A stretch of DNA of 63,974 nucleotides, filler included, from Octopus bimaculoides (Eukaryota): NCBI RefSeq assembly GCF_001194135.2. It is 5 parts of 5 records of this genome, joined end to end, with 100 filler letters (N's around TTAATTAATTAA, not from the genome) between each part and the next. Parts side by side here need not be neighbours in the genome. Positions count along the whole stretch, not along the records: positions 33,113 to 51,325 come from NC_068992.1; 4 more parts are not named here. One strand, written 5' to 3'. Below the pieces are notes generated by a model. It ran no database searches. It saw only the letters and a list, made by a program, of their open reading frames with translations, and was not told the origin of the DNA. Each line of letters opens with the position of its first letter. The first letter of the stretch is position 1. A program made the position numbers and the translations under genes. Of this stretch, positions 37,851-50,057 are shown in pieces.

Positions 37851-38924
37851 TATATATATCAGTTTGTTTGCTATATTTTTGTCTTTTTTTTTATTCTAGC
37901 GTGAGTTAGATGAATACCTATTACCAAGGTATTGCTTTACAACTGGGTATTCTTCTTGTCACTAATCCTTACCTGTGTTTTAGGTGAGAGAGATTTCATT
38001 CCACTTGTCTTAGAAAGTACAGAGCTACTGGACAGCTTTCTGACAGAGAAATGTCAACAAACCTCACCATATCTATCTAGCTCACCTCAGTGCAAAATGT
38101 AATCAGTTACATAGACACACACATGATAGGGAGACTCTCATGTTCTTCATAAAACAAAGAGGTCTTCTTCACCCTATGTTATCTTCAGTCAATTGCTAAT
38201 TCATTTACAGAATACACTGGTCACATTTTATCATGTGACTAAGATTAATGAGATTTCCTAGTTTATGCTGTGTGTCTGTTCACTCAAAACAATGTGACAA
38301 AGCAGGTGAGTGATAGATAGAGTGGTGGTGGGAGAAACTAGGATGTGTTTGCATAAAGGACAAATGTATGATAGCAGTAACAGAAAGACTGAGGTGAAGT
38401 GTGGGTGAAGAGAAGAGGTGAAAAGAAGAGGGAAGAGTGAAGAGTGAAGGGTGGGTGAAGATTTAAGAGAAGAATGACTGTATAGAAAGGAAGAAAGGAT
38501 GGGATAGTTGTAGGTGGGGTAGAGGCTAGATGGTTCCAGTGTCATCTTTCATAACACAGGCTGAATGGCACAGGTTAAGGAGAGAAGGTGAGTAACTGAA
38601 AGACATGAGGCTAGACAGACCCAACAGTTTCCCTACATTGGCTGCTTGGTACAAAGAAAAGGAAGACTGTTATCCTGAGTTACACATACACCATAGCAGA
38701 GATGAATGGTGAATTGAGGGTGAGTAATAGAGATGAATGGGACAGAGCTGATAAAGAGGTGAGATGGTATATCAAGAGGCAGGGTAGATAGTAGCCTATG
38801 TAGACTCAAAAGGGGATATAATAGAAACAAAGACCCAAATATAGACATATTATATCTACCAGTCTCCATCACTACCTCTGGTTCTATATGAATTAATGAT
38901 TTAGAAGAGTAATATTTTCAAGTT

Positions 38925-39359
38925 CCTATTTCAGTCCCACTGTGTGGCACCTTGGGCAAGTGTCTTCTACTATAGCCTCAGGCCGACCAAATTCTTGTGA
39001 GTGGATTTGGTAGACGGAAACTGAAAGAAGCTTGTCGTATATATGTATATGTATATATGTATATATATATATGTATGTGTGTTTGTGTGTCTGTGTTTGT
39101 CCCCCACACCATCGCTTGACAACCAATGCTTGTCTGTTTACATCTCCGTAATATAGCAGGTCAGCAAAAGAAACCGGTATAATAAGTGATAGACTTTTTT
39201 AAAAATTCCTGATGTCAATTTGTCCGACGAAAATTCTTAGCGGTTCGGCAAAAAGAGACCGATAGAAAGGAATAAGATTTTCTCGACTAAAGGTGGTGCT
39301 CCAGCATGGCCGCAGTCAAATGACTGAAACAAGTAAAAGAGTAAAAGAGTAAAAGAGTA
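38925..39359 (+). mobile_element. SINE family 1, 5'-eroded
   Basis: CAGTCCCACTGTGTGGCACCTTGGGCAAG...GAAACAAG(TAAAAGAG)3. Confidence 0.85.
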
Positions 39360-39672
39360 TACTAAGATGACAAAACTAGGCTCTCTCCCTGCTGACATCA
39401 TCTGTAGATTAATATAATTCCTTTATGTTGTTTTAATTTCTTAATGAGTAAATCTGAACAGCTCAGCTCCTGTAAACACGGTCTTGCTTGACTATCAATA
39501 TTTAAAAAAAAAAAACTTTATGTGACGTAGAGATAGAATTGCTGAATAGATGGACAAATTAAATATTTCTCATCTGTGTAATTACAAGATCAAGAACAAA
39601 TTGACACGTCTCTAAACTCATGTAATTCCTGGACACATAATTTTCTATTTTTCTTTTTTCCTTTTACTTTAG

Positions 39673-39769
39673 GTCATACTGAAGAACATGAAAACTTCCA
39701 AAATATATTCCTGTCTTTATCTTGATCATATTTATCAAACTCTTTACCATGAGTGTTCATTGACAAATG
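39673..39769 (+). CDS. Putative exon A of an uncharacterised gene (VILKNMKTSKIYSCLYLDHIYQTLYHECSLTN)
   Basis: Polypyrimidine tract TTTAG|, donor ATG|GTAAGT; only one frame is open; ends in phase 1, matching the next exon. Confidence 0.5.
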
Positions 39770-39989
39770 GTAAGTTGATGAAAGATATTTCTTATTTCAC
39801 TTTATTAGAAATTATGAAATATGTCTGCCTTTCTGCCTGTGTGACTTTTACTTGATGTTATTGTTAAAAAGGTGAGTGAGCAAAATAAATTCTAAATGAC
39901 TGTATTGATGTTACTACCAAGAATTAAATCTTCCCATCAATGCCAGTTTCCAAAGCCACACTACATTCTTGGTAATATTTCCTTAGTAG

Positions 39990-40119
39990 AAGGCAGCAAG
40001 CTGGCAAAATCATTAGCACCTTGGGCAAGTGTCTTCTACTATAACCTCAGGCACACCAAAGCAAAGACTTGTGAATGGATATGGTCAACAGAAACTGAAA
40101 GAAGCCCATTGTGTGTGTA

Positions 40120-40168
<49 letters not shown>

Positions 40169-40566
40169 NNNNNNNNNNNNNNNNNNNNNNNNNNNNNNNN
40201 NNNNNNNNNNNNNNNNNNNNNNNNNNNNNNNNNNNNNNNNNNNNNNNNNNNNNNNNNNNNNNNNNNNNNNNNNNNNNNNNNNNNNNNNNNNNNNNNNNNN
40301 NNNNNNNNNNNNNNNNNNNNNNNNNNNNNNNNNNNNNNNNNNNNNNNNNNNNNNNNNNNNNNNNNNNNNNNNNNNNNNNNNNNNNNNNNNNNNNNNNNNN
40401 NNNNNNNNNNNNNNNNNNNNNNNNNNNNNNNNNNNNNNNNNNNNNAAGTACCAGGTTATAACAAAAAAAATAAAGTATTAAAGATGATTTATTCAACTAA
40501 AATTTTACAAAGTAGTACCCCAGTATGGCCACAGTCTAGTGTCTGAAACAAGTAAAAGATAAAAAA
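39990..40566 (+). mobile_element. Chimeric SINE (family 3 head on a family 1 body), gap inside
   Basis: AAGGCAGCAAGCTGGCAAAATCATTAGCAC|CTTGGGCAAGTGTCTTC. Confidence 0.7.
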
Positions 40567-40689
40567 TAGTGAGACATATTTTTACATCAGACTTGAAATG
40601 AAGAACTCCACTTGTATGACAGTGGTGGCCATTTACAGTTATTGCTCAGACAAGAAAACACAAGCACTCTTTCCACACACACACACATG

Positions 40690-40737
<48 letters not shown>

Positions 40738-40740
<3 letters not shown>

Positions 40741-40837
40741 GACAGTCTTCTTTCAGTTTCTGTCTACCAAATCTACTCTCAAGTCTTTGCTTGGCCAGAG
40801 GTTATCATAGAAGACACTTGCCCAAGGTGTCACGCAA
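40738..40837 (-). mobile_element. SINE family 1 fragment
   Basis: CTTTCAGTTTC...AGAAGACACTTGCCCAAGGTG. Confidence 0.7.
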
Positions 40838-42573
40838 ATAGCCTTCCTCAAATCTGAACCTGGAATATTTAAGTTTAAAAGTTAAAACCACTGATGAATA
40901 ATACTATTTTTGGTAATACTAACCAGAGCTATTTTTATTAGATCCCTGAACTCTATTATAACAGCCCTCTAACATTTTCCCAGTTAATCATCATGGAATA
41001 TTCTAAAATGTTTTAGTGGATTTATAAAAATCCTAGAATTCAGCTCTCTGTAGAGACCCTTCTTGTTGCTACTGGAAGGCTTTTGTCTTTGGATCCTGAA
41101 TGAAAATTATTTTATTGAAGATAATTTTCCTTCCTCAACTTCCTCTCCAAGAAATTATTCTTATTGTAACTGACAACTACGTTTTAATTTATATGAGATA
41201 TTCTTGCAGCCTATTTTGACAGATTCATTATTCTGTAGCAGAATGGATTGACAAAAGCATAAATGACAAACTATTCTCTCTCCCTTTTATTTATAGTTGT
41301 TGTTTGGATGTAGCAGAGAACACTTAGCTATAAAGATCATGTTTTAACCATTTACTTTGATTGGTTAGTTTTTAGGCACAATTTGTCCCTTAAACAATAA
41401 TGCCAAATTAACCGGTCAGCCAATCAGATGCTCTCAAATAGATCACATGTTCTCTTGGTGGAAAATTCTTACACATCTCTGCGGAGCCTAGCAACTTACT
41501 TAAATCGATCAGTTTTTCTCTGCTTAAGGAGTCTAGCTTGCGTTTTGCACCAGGAAACTATTTGCTGGCTTTCTCCATCTAACAGCACAATAAAATTCAT
41601 CACTGCTACCAGCTCTTACTGCATCTAATGCTAACATCGACAACATCATAATTCATCCTCACGTATGTAAACTCACTAAGTGAATATGACTTCTAGTATT
41701 CCCACAGAAACCTTCATTTACCTTATATGATGCTTAATGTCATTTTACATTCATGTTGAATTATGCAGCAAACTTATGTTCTCTTCAGAGAACACTTATA
41801 ATTTATTACTAGTTCTTTTGGTATAGTAGATTTTTGCTATTCTTGTTTATGTCCTCAGCGACATGTATATTCTAACAAGTCGCTTGTTAAATTTCACACC
41901 TCTCTTCTTCAATAAATACTGAGTTAAACTTGCAAAGCTGTTTATTTTCTCCTTTCAATTTTTAATGTTTAGTTTAGCAGGTTATCAAGCTCTCAGTTTG
42001 GTCACCCTGCTAAAATTCATTATTCATTATTTTATATACAAACAAACAACAAATTGTATATTACATATATTATAAATGTTTAGTGTTATTAAAAACATTG
42101 TTGATGATAATTCTTTCTTTTATCAACTATTTGACTCATTAAAGATAACACAACTATAAATGTTACAACTACCATTTCTTTATTTCTTAATTCTTTTGAT
42201 ATCAACCTGCCTGAAACTATTTAAGTTCTATGATACAAATTCCTTATTTTAAAGTGATCTGAATGAAATACTTCCATCAAAAAATTCCATGTTAATTTAT
42301 ATTCCAAGCGACAGCTTAGAAGAAATAAAGTTATTTAATATATTCTTCATTATTCTCAAAATTAATTGAAACCAAGACATTGTATTTCAACAGAAACACG
42401 GTAACAAAAAGGTCAATGTTAAGAAAATCAGTCATCTTTTGTTGAGGAATTACTCAGATCTCAAAATATCAAGTAATTCATCATTTTTTAGAGCACATTT
42501 CTCTTTTTTAATGTATCACAACAACCAGACCATCGTTTTTATAGCTTTATTTATTTTATTCTTTCTTTTCTAG

Positions 42574-42806
42574 ATTCTGTGTGGAAAATAGAACTAACCT
42601 CTCGACAAAAACTAGTTGAAGATAAAAAAAAAATATGGATATTTGTTGGAATCACTGGCAGTGAAACAAACTTTTCACGACAGCTACAGTTCAAAAAGTT
42701 AGCTTATCTCCCAACATTTTCTGCTTTTATCAATTTTGGAAATATAAGTATTGGTGAGACTGAAATATCCTTTGTCAACAAAGGCAAATATTTTGACATA
42801 TTCAAA
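42574..42806 (+). CDS. Putative exon B of an uncharacterised gene ((D)SVWKIELTSRQ...KGKYFDIFK)
   Basis: TTTCTTTTCTAG| acceptor, AAA|GTAAGG donor; 233 bp with no stop, entering in phase 1 and leaving in phase 0. Confidence 0.65.
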
Positions 42807-43307
42807 GTAAGGACTTTTACCTTCTTGAATTCCGTTAATCCTTTTTTTAATTTTAATTGTTTATTTATTTATTTATTGTAATGACCTCCCACAAGTTTTC
42901 CCAGTCAAGGCTGAGAAAACCTAGGGGTCAAAGACATTCCAGACATGGCCATCAAGTTGCTTTCTCAGATGCATATACCTGAGGTCTTAATTCAGTCAGT
43001 CCTTTATTCTTAAGAAAAGGTGAGCCTTAAAGGAGATTTGGTACCTATTTCTAGTAAGTCTAATAATCACATACAGGCTTACCTTTTTCCTTTGAGTTAT
43101 TTTGTATGTATCAGTGTGTATTTGTATTTGTGTATGTGTTCATATATACAGGAAGATGTACTATCATCACCATCATCAGCAGTGTCTTCACCATCATCAT
43201 CATCATCATTTCATTTCCTCTTTGGATGCTGAGATATTTTAGATGGGTTTATCATAGTATAAGACAATTATTATTCACAGTTAGTGTTCTCATTATGTAT
43301 GTGTGTA

Positions 43308-43389
<82 letters not shown>

Positions 43390-43391
43390 AG

Positions 43392-44789
43392 CAATGTTAA
43401 ATCTCTGAACGAGGTATTAACAGTAACTGCACAATAAAGTGAAGTATATTTGCCACTTAAATGTGGCTGACCCCTAAGGGTGGATGTTACTGTTGCTTTT
43501 AGCCCCAGGAGAACATCTCCTCCAGCTGGCTTATCGACACACATCTGTGTCCTGTCTATTTTTTGCCAAGGGAAGTTATCCCTCCCATCGTGATCTGTGA
43601 CACGTACAGACCCGTGTTTCAGGGTTATTTCCCTTCTTCAGCATATGATAGTCACCGATCTCCAATGAGAAAGACAATCTCTTAAAATTATGGAGGAGAA
43701 AATGCCTCACTACTCAAAAGTAACAGTTGGGAATTATCTTCCTTTGCCATTGGCTATCAACTTCAGGCTGTGCTGCCATCTTGTGGACTCCAAAAAAGGT
43801 AGCGGGAACCTCTTGAAATGTAAACATGGCCAAAACATCTCTGTTCTGGAATTAAGGATGTTCCCTGGAGGCCAAAGTCCTAGCAAAACCTTGGCAATAC
43901 CACCGGTAGAAGTAGCAGTAGCCATAAATATGAGAACAGAAATAGAAATGCCGCCACCATCGCCACGGTTAATAACATTGACAACAATAACAACAGCAGC
44001 ACCAACAACAGCATTGGCAGTTCCTCCGATGACATCAACAGCAGTAACAACAGCAGCATTACCAACAGCTTCCCTAACATCCACAGTAGCAGACCTAACA
44101 GCAACTACAACAAGTCCAGTGCTACTACCACCAATAACAGCAATAATAGAACAATGGCAACAGTAGCAGCAGTGACAGTGGTTGTAGGAGAAACACCAGC
44201 GGAACCACAGCTAATGACACCTCTAGCAGCAGTGGTAACTCTCCCACCAATGACAAGGACCACAATAACAACGATTGTGCCTTCACCATAACCAGCAGTG
44301 GTGATACTATTACCAACACTACCACCGCCACCTCCAGCAACGCCAACACCAGCAGTCCTTGCTCCAACAACAACACCAGCAGATACAGATACAGTGCCAA
44401 CAACACACGCCCGTGGAGATACATTGGATGTTCCAGGAACTCTTTCAAGCAACATCTCTCCAACAACAGGTCCTCCTCAGAGTTCTGCAAAGAAGATATG
44501 TAACATCACTGGCCAGTTACATCTGGCAACTAAGAGACGATGGGATTCCATACCTGATCTCATGGATAATCCTTGAGAACCCAGGACTCTACATCAAGGA
44601 GACGAGGTATTGCACGTTAGGTATAGTTGAACATGTGAGAATCCTAAAGGACTCACTCGAACCAAAACGGAGATTTTCAGGCCATGTTTACATTTCAGGA
44701 GGTTCCTGTTAGCTTTTTGGAGCCCATAAGATGGCAGCACAGCTGGAACTCAATAGCCAATAGCAAAGGGAGATAATCCTAATTGTTAC
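43392..44789. mobile_element. Penelope-like element: inverted pLTR (43392-43849, minus) plus GIY-YIG remnant (43856-44789, plus)
   Basis: CSLEAKVL..Y...WRYIGCSRNSFKQ...TSLASYIWQLRDDGIPYLISWIIL...YCTL; ~130-bp inverted repeat at 43720-43849 and 44662-44789. Confidence 0.8.
43591..43648 (-). ncRNA. Minimal type I hammerhead motif in the PLE pLTR
   Basis: Minus strand CTGAAGA-AGGG-AAATAA-CCCT-GAA-ACACG-GGTCTGTA-CGTGT-C (GUC triplet); stem I partly mismatched. Confidence 0.7.
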
Positions 44790-45002
44790 ACATAAACCAG
44801 CCTTCCCCATTTTTAATATATACTGCTCTACATCTTAGAGTGTGCTTCTTCTTTCGGATTTATGGTTTTTACAGACGATATATGTATATAAATCTTTAGT
44901 TAAATATATTCAATGAGAATATTATATACTGAATTTATATTGAGTGCTCTATTGTATCAAAGTATTAATACTATTAAAGTATTTATGTATTTAATATGAG
45001 TG

Positions 45003-45298
45003 ATCATCATCATCATCATCATCGTTTAACGTCCGCTTTCCATGCTGACATGGGTTGGACGATTTGACTGAGGACTGGTGAAACCGGATGGCAACACCAG
45101 GCTCCAATCTAATTTGGCAGAGTTTCTACAGCTGGATGCCCTTCCTAACGCCAACCACTCAGAGAGTGTAGTGGGTGCTTTTACGTGTCATCCGCACGAG
45201 GGCCAGTCAGGCAGTACTGGCAATGGCCACGCTCAAAATGGTGTATTTTATGTGCCACCCACACAAGAGCCAGTCCAGGGGCAATGGCAACGATCTCA
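45003..45298 (-). mobile_element. RTE 3' UTR with (GAT)n tail
   Basis: CATCATCATCGTTTAACGTCCGCTTTCCATGC...; same family as 33113 and 47500-48060. Confidence 0.88.
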
Positions 45299-45858
45299 CT
45301 TGAAAATCATATATTATTGATATCAAGAAATCAATATTAGAAAATTCATCGGAAAGATATATACATGTGTAGAATAGTTGCTGTATTAAAAAAAATTTTT
45401 TTTAAATATAAAAGAAATATTTTGACCAATTTATAATTTTATAACCTCAAACATGATTTCACATTATATTATTTAAGTCTATGAACTATATTCAGAATAC
45501 AAGACAACGTAATGGATTTTAGATATAATTATTATGGATTACTACAGAAGAATGACCAGAGAGGCATATATGAATCTCAAGATTCTCATACTAAAGTCTA
45601 TTTACCAAAAATCAAAAGCAGATGATATAATGGATTTTATACATAACTATTATGGATTATTACAGAAGACCAACCAAGGAAGAAAATATGGATTAAAGTC
45701 TCATACTAAAGTGTACTTACCAAAATACAAAGCAGTAATTTTTAATTTTTAATATTTAATTTATATTTCAAACAAACACCTTTTTATAATATTATTTCAT
45801 ATTTAAAAAAAAAAAAAAAAAAACTACCATTTGATAAATTATACAAATTCAGAATTTA

Positions 45859-45950
45859 TATCTCTGAAGAGCAGAAGAGTTGTCTATAAATGCTTATCAA
45901 TATAGGATTCTATTATTAGGCCAGCGCTTTTGTGAAACGATCATAAGATG
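45859..45950 (+). ncRNA. Type I hammerhead motif with long stem II and a mutated stem III
   Basis: TATCT-CTGAAGA (45864-70), stem II GCAGAAG/CTTTTGT, GAAA (45934-37), CGATCATA, AGATG; stem I has 5 pairs. Confidence 0.55.
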
Positions 45951-46075
45951 CTTTAAAACTAAAAATTAAAAATTTTTAAACTGACATATTTATTATAATT
46001 ATTTTATATATTTATACTTATTCATATTTACATAGATTTTTACATATATTTTTAATACAACAATTATTCTACACA

Positions 46076-46242
46076 TAGGCGCAGGAGTGGCTGTGTGGTA
46101 AGTAGCTTGCTTACCAACCACATGGTTCCGGGTTCAGTCCCACTGCGTGGCACCTTGGGCAAGTGTCTTCTACTATAGCCTCGGGCCTACCAAAGCCTTG
46201 TGAGTGGATTTGGTAGACGGAAACTGAAAGAAGCCCGTCGTA

Positions 46243-46317
<75 letters not shown>

Positions 46318-46380
46318 GTGTCTGTGTTTGTCCCCCCACCATCGCTTGACAACCGATGCTGGTGTGTTTACATCCCTGTA
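46076..46380 (+). mobile_element. SINE family 1, 5' two-thirds
   Basis: ATAGGCGCAGGAGTGGCTGTGTGGTAAGTAGC...GGTTCAGTCCCAC. Confidence 0.9.
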
Positions 46381-46762
46381 TATTACATTCCTGTATATTT
46401 GGTCTTGACAGCCAATAATAATTGCCTCAACAAGTTTGCATAGTACTCTCCATTGATGGTGTGGCTCTTTTGAAGACAGTTTCTTACTCAAAGCAGTAAA
46501 CCCAAGATTTCACAGCTCTAGCATCACTACTGCATAGACAGCCTCTGGATTTTAGCCCAGCTTCGTAGAAGAAGACACTTGCTCAAGGTACCATGCAGTG
46601 GGACTGAACCCATATCATGCACTTGGCAAACAAACTTCTTACCATACTGCCTCATCTGTGCTCAGACAACCCATTCTACAAGTCCTAAATGAAGGGACAG
46701 GTTATGTGTGCCTTGGATGAATGGTATAAATGCACAATTTAGTGTCCTACAAAATTATACAC

Positions 46763-48062
46763 ATGTTCATGGAGGCTATGGTTTTGGTTCCCACAATGAG
46801 GAAGGAACCAGGCTGCTGGAGTTCTGTGATGCAACTGACTTTATGGTTTGCAATACTAGCTTCAGGAAACCTGCCATTCACCTAGTCACCTACCGTTCTG
46901 GTAGACACACTAGCCAATTTGACTACATCCTCGCCAGGAAAAGGGAAAGATGGCTGCTTATAAATGCCAAAACCTTCCCAAGTGAAGAATGTACCCCACA
47001 ACATAGACTAGTAGTTAGTGACTTCAGGATCAGGGCTAAGCGGTTGCCCAGAAGACGACCAGCATGAAGAAAAAGGGTCTGGAAGCTTAAAGATCCTGCG
47101 AATGGACAGAGATTTAGAGACTTATTACTCGAAGCCTTTAATGAAACAGAAAGGGATATAGCGTCACATGATGTAGAAGACAACTGGAGGCTTCTACAGG
47201 ACAACCTGCTGAGAGCCACTGACCAGATCTGTGGATGGTGCAAGAAAGACAATTGCGCTGGTATGGTCATGTGACAAGAATGGATGAGGATACCTGTGTG
47301 AAAAAGTACCACACCTTAGCGGTTGAGGGAACGTGTGAAAGAGGTAGACCCAGGAAGACCTGGGATGAGCTGGTGAAGCACGACATTCAAACATTAGTTC
47401 ACACTGAGGCAATGACTTCTGACCGAAACCTTTGGAAATATGCTGTGCGTGAGAAGACCCGGCAAGCTAAGTGAGACCATAATCCGAGGCCTCTACCAGG
47501 GGTGTAACCAGCCCACTTATGCATACTTTTCCTTCATTGGACACCAAACTTTGCTTGCGAAGACCTGTTGGGGCAAATGAAACTGAAGTCGTGTTGGCAC
47601 CTGTATCAGTGGAGCGCTAAGAGCACCATCCGAGTGTGATCATTGCCAGAGCAGCTGCCTGGCTTCCATGCCAGTAGCACATAAATAGCACCATTTGAGC
47701 ATGATCGTTACCAGCATCACCTTACTGGCACTTGTGCTGGTGGCACATGAAAAAACATTCGAGCGAGATCATTGCCAGTGCCGCTGGACTGGCTCCTGTG
47801 CAGGTGGTATGTAAAATACACCATTTTGAGCATGGCCGTTGCCAGTACCGCCTCACCAGCCCTCGTGCCGGTGGCACGTAAAAGCACCCACTACACTCTT
47901 GGAGTGGTTGGTGTTAGGAAGGACATCCAGCTGTAGAAACTCTACCAAATCAGATTGGAGCCTGGTGTAGCCATCTGGTTCGCCAATCTTCTGTCAAATA
48001 GTCCAACCCATGCTAGCATGGAAGGTGGACGTTAAACGATGATGATGATGATGATGATGATG
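46763..48062 (+). mobile_element. RTE LINE derivative: APE endonuclease fragment fused to the C-terminus, RT deleted
   Basis: GFGSHNEEGTRLLEFC...DYILARK...PQHRLVV...TDQICGWC|QERQLRWYGHV...GRPRKTW...*; 3' UTR and (GAT)n. Confidence 0.88.
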
Positions 48063-48278
48063 ACACACATACACACACACGCGCGCACACAAGCTAAAAG
48101 ACATAGATTTTGAATTTATGTTCCAAGCATAAATTGGCTGTTGAAATGGATGAAATATTGATCATAACACCAGATTCATAAAGGCAAAAATTGCCAATCT
48201 ATCAATGTAGACATTTTCTGTGAATTTAAATATATAATAAAACTAATCTGCTAAAAATCTTCTTTTATAATTCCTCAG

Positions 48279-48369
48279 ATTGCCATGACAAGAATGCGTG
48301 CTGGAGAAGAATACGGTTGTGTTAACATAAAGACAAACTCACCTGAATATTCTTGTAAACTCCTGAACA
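48279..48369 (+). CDS. Putative exon C of an uncharacterised gene (IAMTRMRAGEEYGCVNIKTNSPEYSCKLLN)
   Basis: TTCCTCAG| acceptor, ACA|GTAAGA donor; phase 0 entry matches exon B; frame is open. Confidence 0.6.
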
Positions 48370-49011
48370 GTAAGATTTCATTGAACAACTAAATCAACCA
48401 CATGTAGTCTCTCTAATGGGTACAGCTATTACAAGGGAGCCAATCATTTTGTAATAATTCAAAGCAGGCTTAGAAATTTGAAATTGAAATTAATGAAACT
48501 AAAAGAAATAGATGCATAGAATTCACATATTTATTGTTTTGTTTACTTGATACCAATTTCTTAAAAATTCGAGTCATTGGTAATCATGGATAGCACTATT
48601 TCATTCCTTTGATAAATAATCAATATGGCATGATATCACATGAAGAACTTCTGTGGGATCTTGTGTTAGTTTCTGTGTAATCAATGAAAATAGTAAAGAA
48701 ATAAAGGGATCTTTGTACGATTTTTAATAAATTAACAGTTCAGATTAGGAGTTGAGAATCTTTCTAATATTAGGGGTGAATTGTTAGTGCATTTGAACCT
48801 GTGGATCACATCTCTGCTGTAAAACACAAAAAGAAGCAATGAATGATAAATTTTTAAAATTCACAAGTATATATCTTAAATTACTAATTAGGTCTTAGAG
48901 TGTACGTACCTNNNNNNNNNNNNNNNNNNNNNNNNNNNNNNNNNNNNNNNNNNNNNNNNNNNNNNNNNNNNNNNNNNNNNNNNNNNNNNNNNNNNNNNNN
49001 NNNNNNNNNNN

Positions 49012-49330
49012 CCATCTTCAGCGTGAACTGCTACCGTTATAATTCTCAGAATCTTATACAAGTTGCTCACCCCTAGAGGCGAACGTGTATATGGTTCTGT
49101 TAATTACAATGAACTGGTAAAAATCAAATGTCTTCGTTTTGGCGCGCTAATTCCGGAAATATGTCTGCAGAGATTTTTAACTCCGAAACCTGGTCCGTGA
49201 ATAACGTTTTAATTTTATGTATGTAATTTTCAATGTCTTGCTCGCTTACGGTTTGGTATTTCGCTGAATTTCTTTTGAGAACTACTAGGTCTTAGTAGAC
49301 ACAACATGTGGTCTATTTCTAACATATTAA
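49012..49330 (-). mobile_element. Possible Penelope-like pLTR remnant
   Basis: Minus strand ends in CTGAAGA at the gap edge; upstream sequence weakly resembles a GIY-YIG C-terminus. Confidence 0.3.
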
Positions 49331-49807
49331 ATGTCCACTTTACTGGTCAACTTTATATATATATATATAGGTAGATAGATAGATAGATAGATACATACAT
49401 ACATACATACATATATTTATATATATATAGATATATAGATATAGTTATAGATAGATAGATAGATAGATAGATACATACATACATGCATACATATATATCT
49501 ACATTTTACAATTTCCATACATAAACAATTCATACACACATGTATCTATTTATGTCAGAACATTATTTCATACATATTTAGAACTAAATATTTTTAATTT
49601 GATTATTAGAATGCAGGGGAGATAACTATTTTCCCATTTATAGAAACAAAGCGAAAAACAAAATCAATTCAATATGGTCAGCAAAAAAAAAACATTTTCA
49701 TATATACATACAACAAAAACAAAGTAATACAATGCAAACGAAATGCCCCACATATTAACAACGATCGAAAACAACAAATTAAATAAGATAGATGCGCATA
49801 TCTACAA

Positions 49808-49972
49808 TAGGCGCAGGAGTGGCTGTGTGGTAAGTAGCTTGCTTACCAACCACACGGTCCCGGGTTCAGTGCCACTGCTTGGCACCTTGGGCAAGTGTCT
49901 TCTACTATAGCCTCGGGCCGACCAAAGCCTTGTGAGTGGATTTGGTAAACGGAAACTGAAAGAAGCCCGTCG

Positions 49973-50057
<85 letters not shown>

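Noticed and set aside
39688-39765. Signal-peptide-like frame KLPKYIPVFILIIFIKLFTMSVH in exon A
   Set aside because: Needs a frameshift, hits a stop and breaks phase with exon B; noted only as an alternative if there is a sequencing error.
43690-44490. Thr/Ala/Val-rich ORFs as mucin-like host genes
   Set aside because: They lie within the Penelope-like remnant and are explained by trinucleotide expansion.
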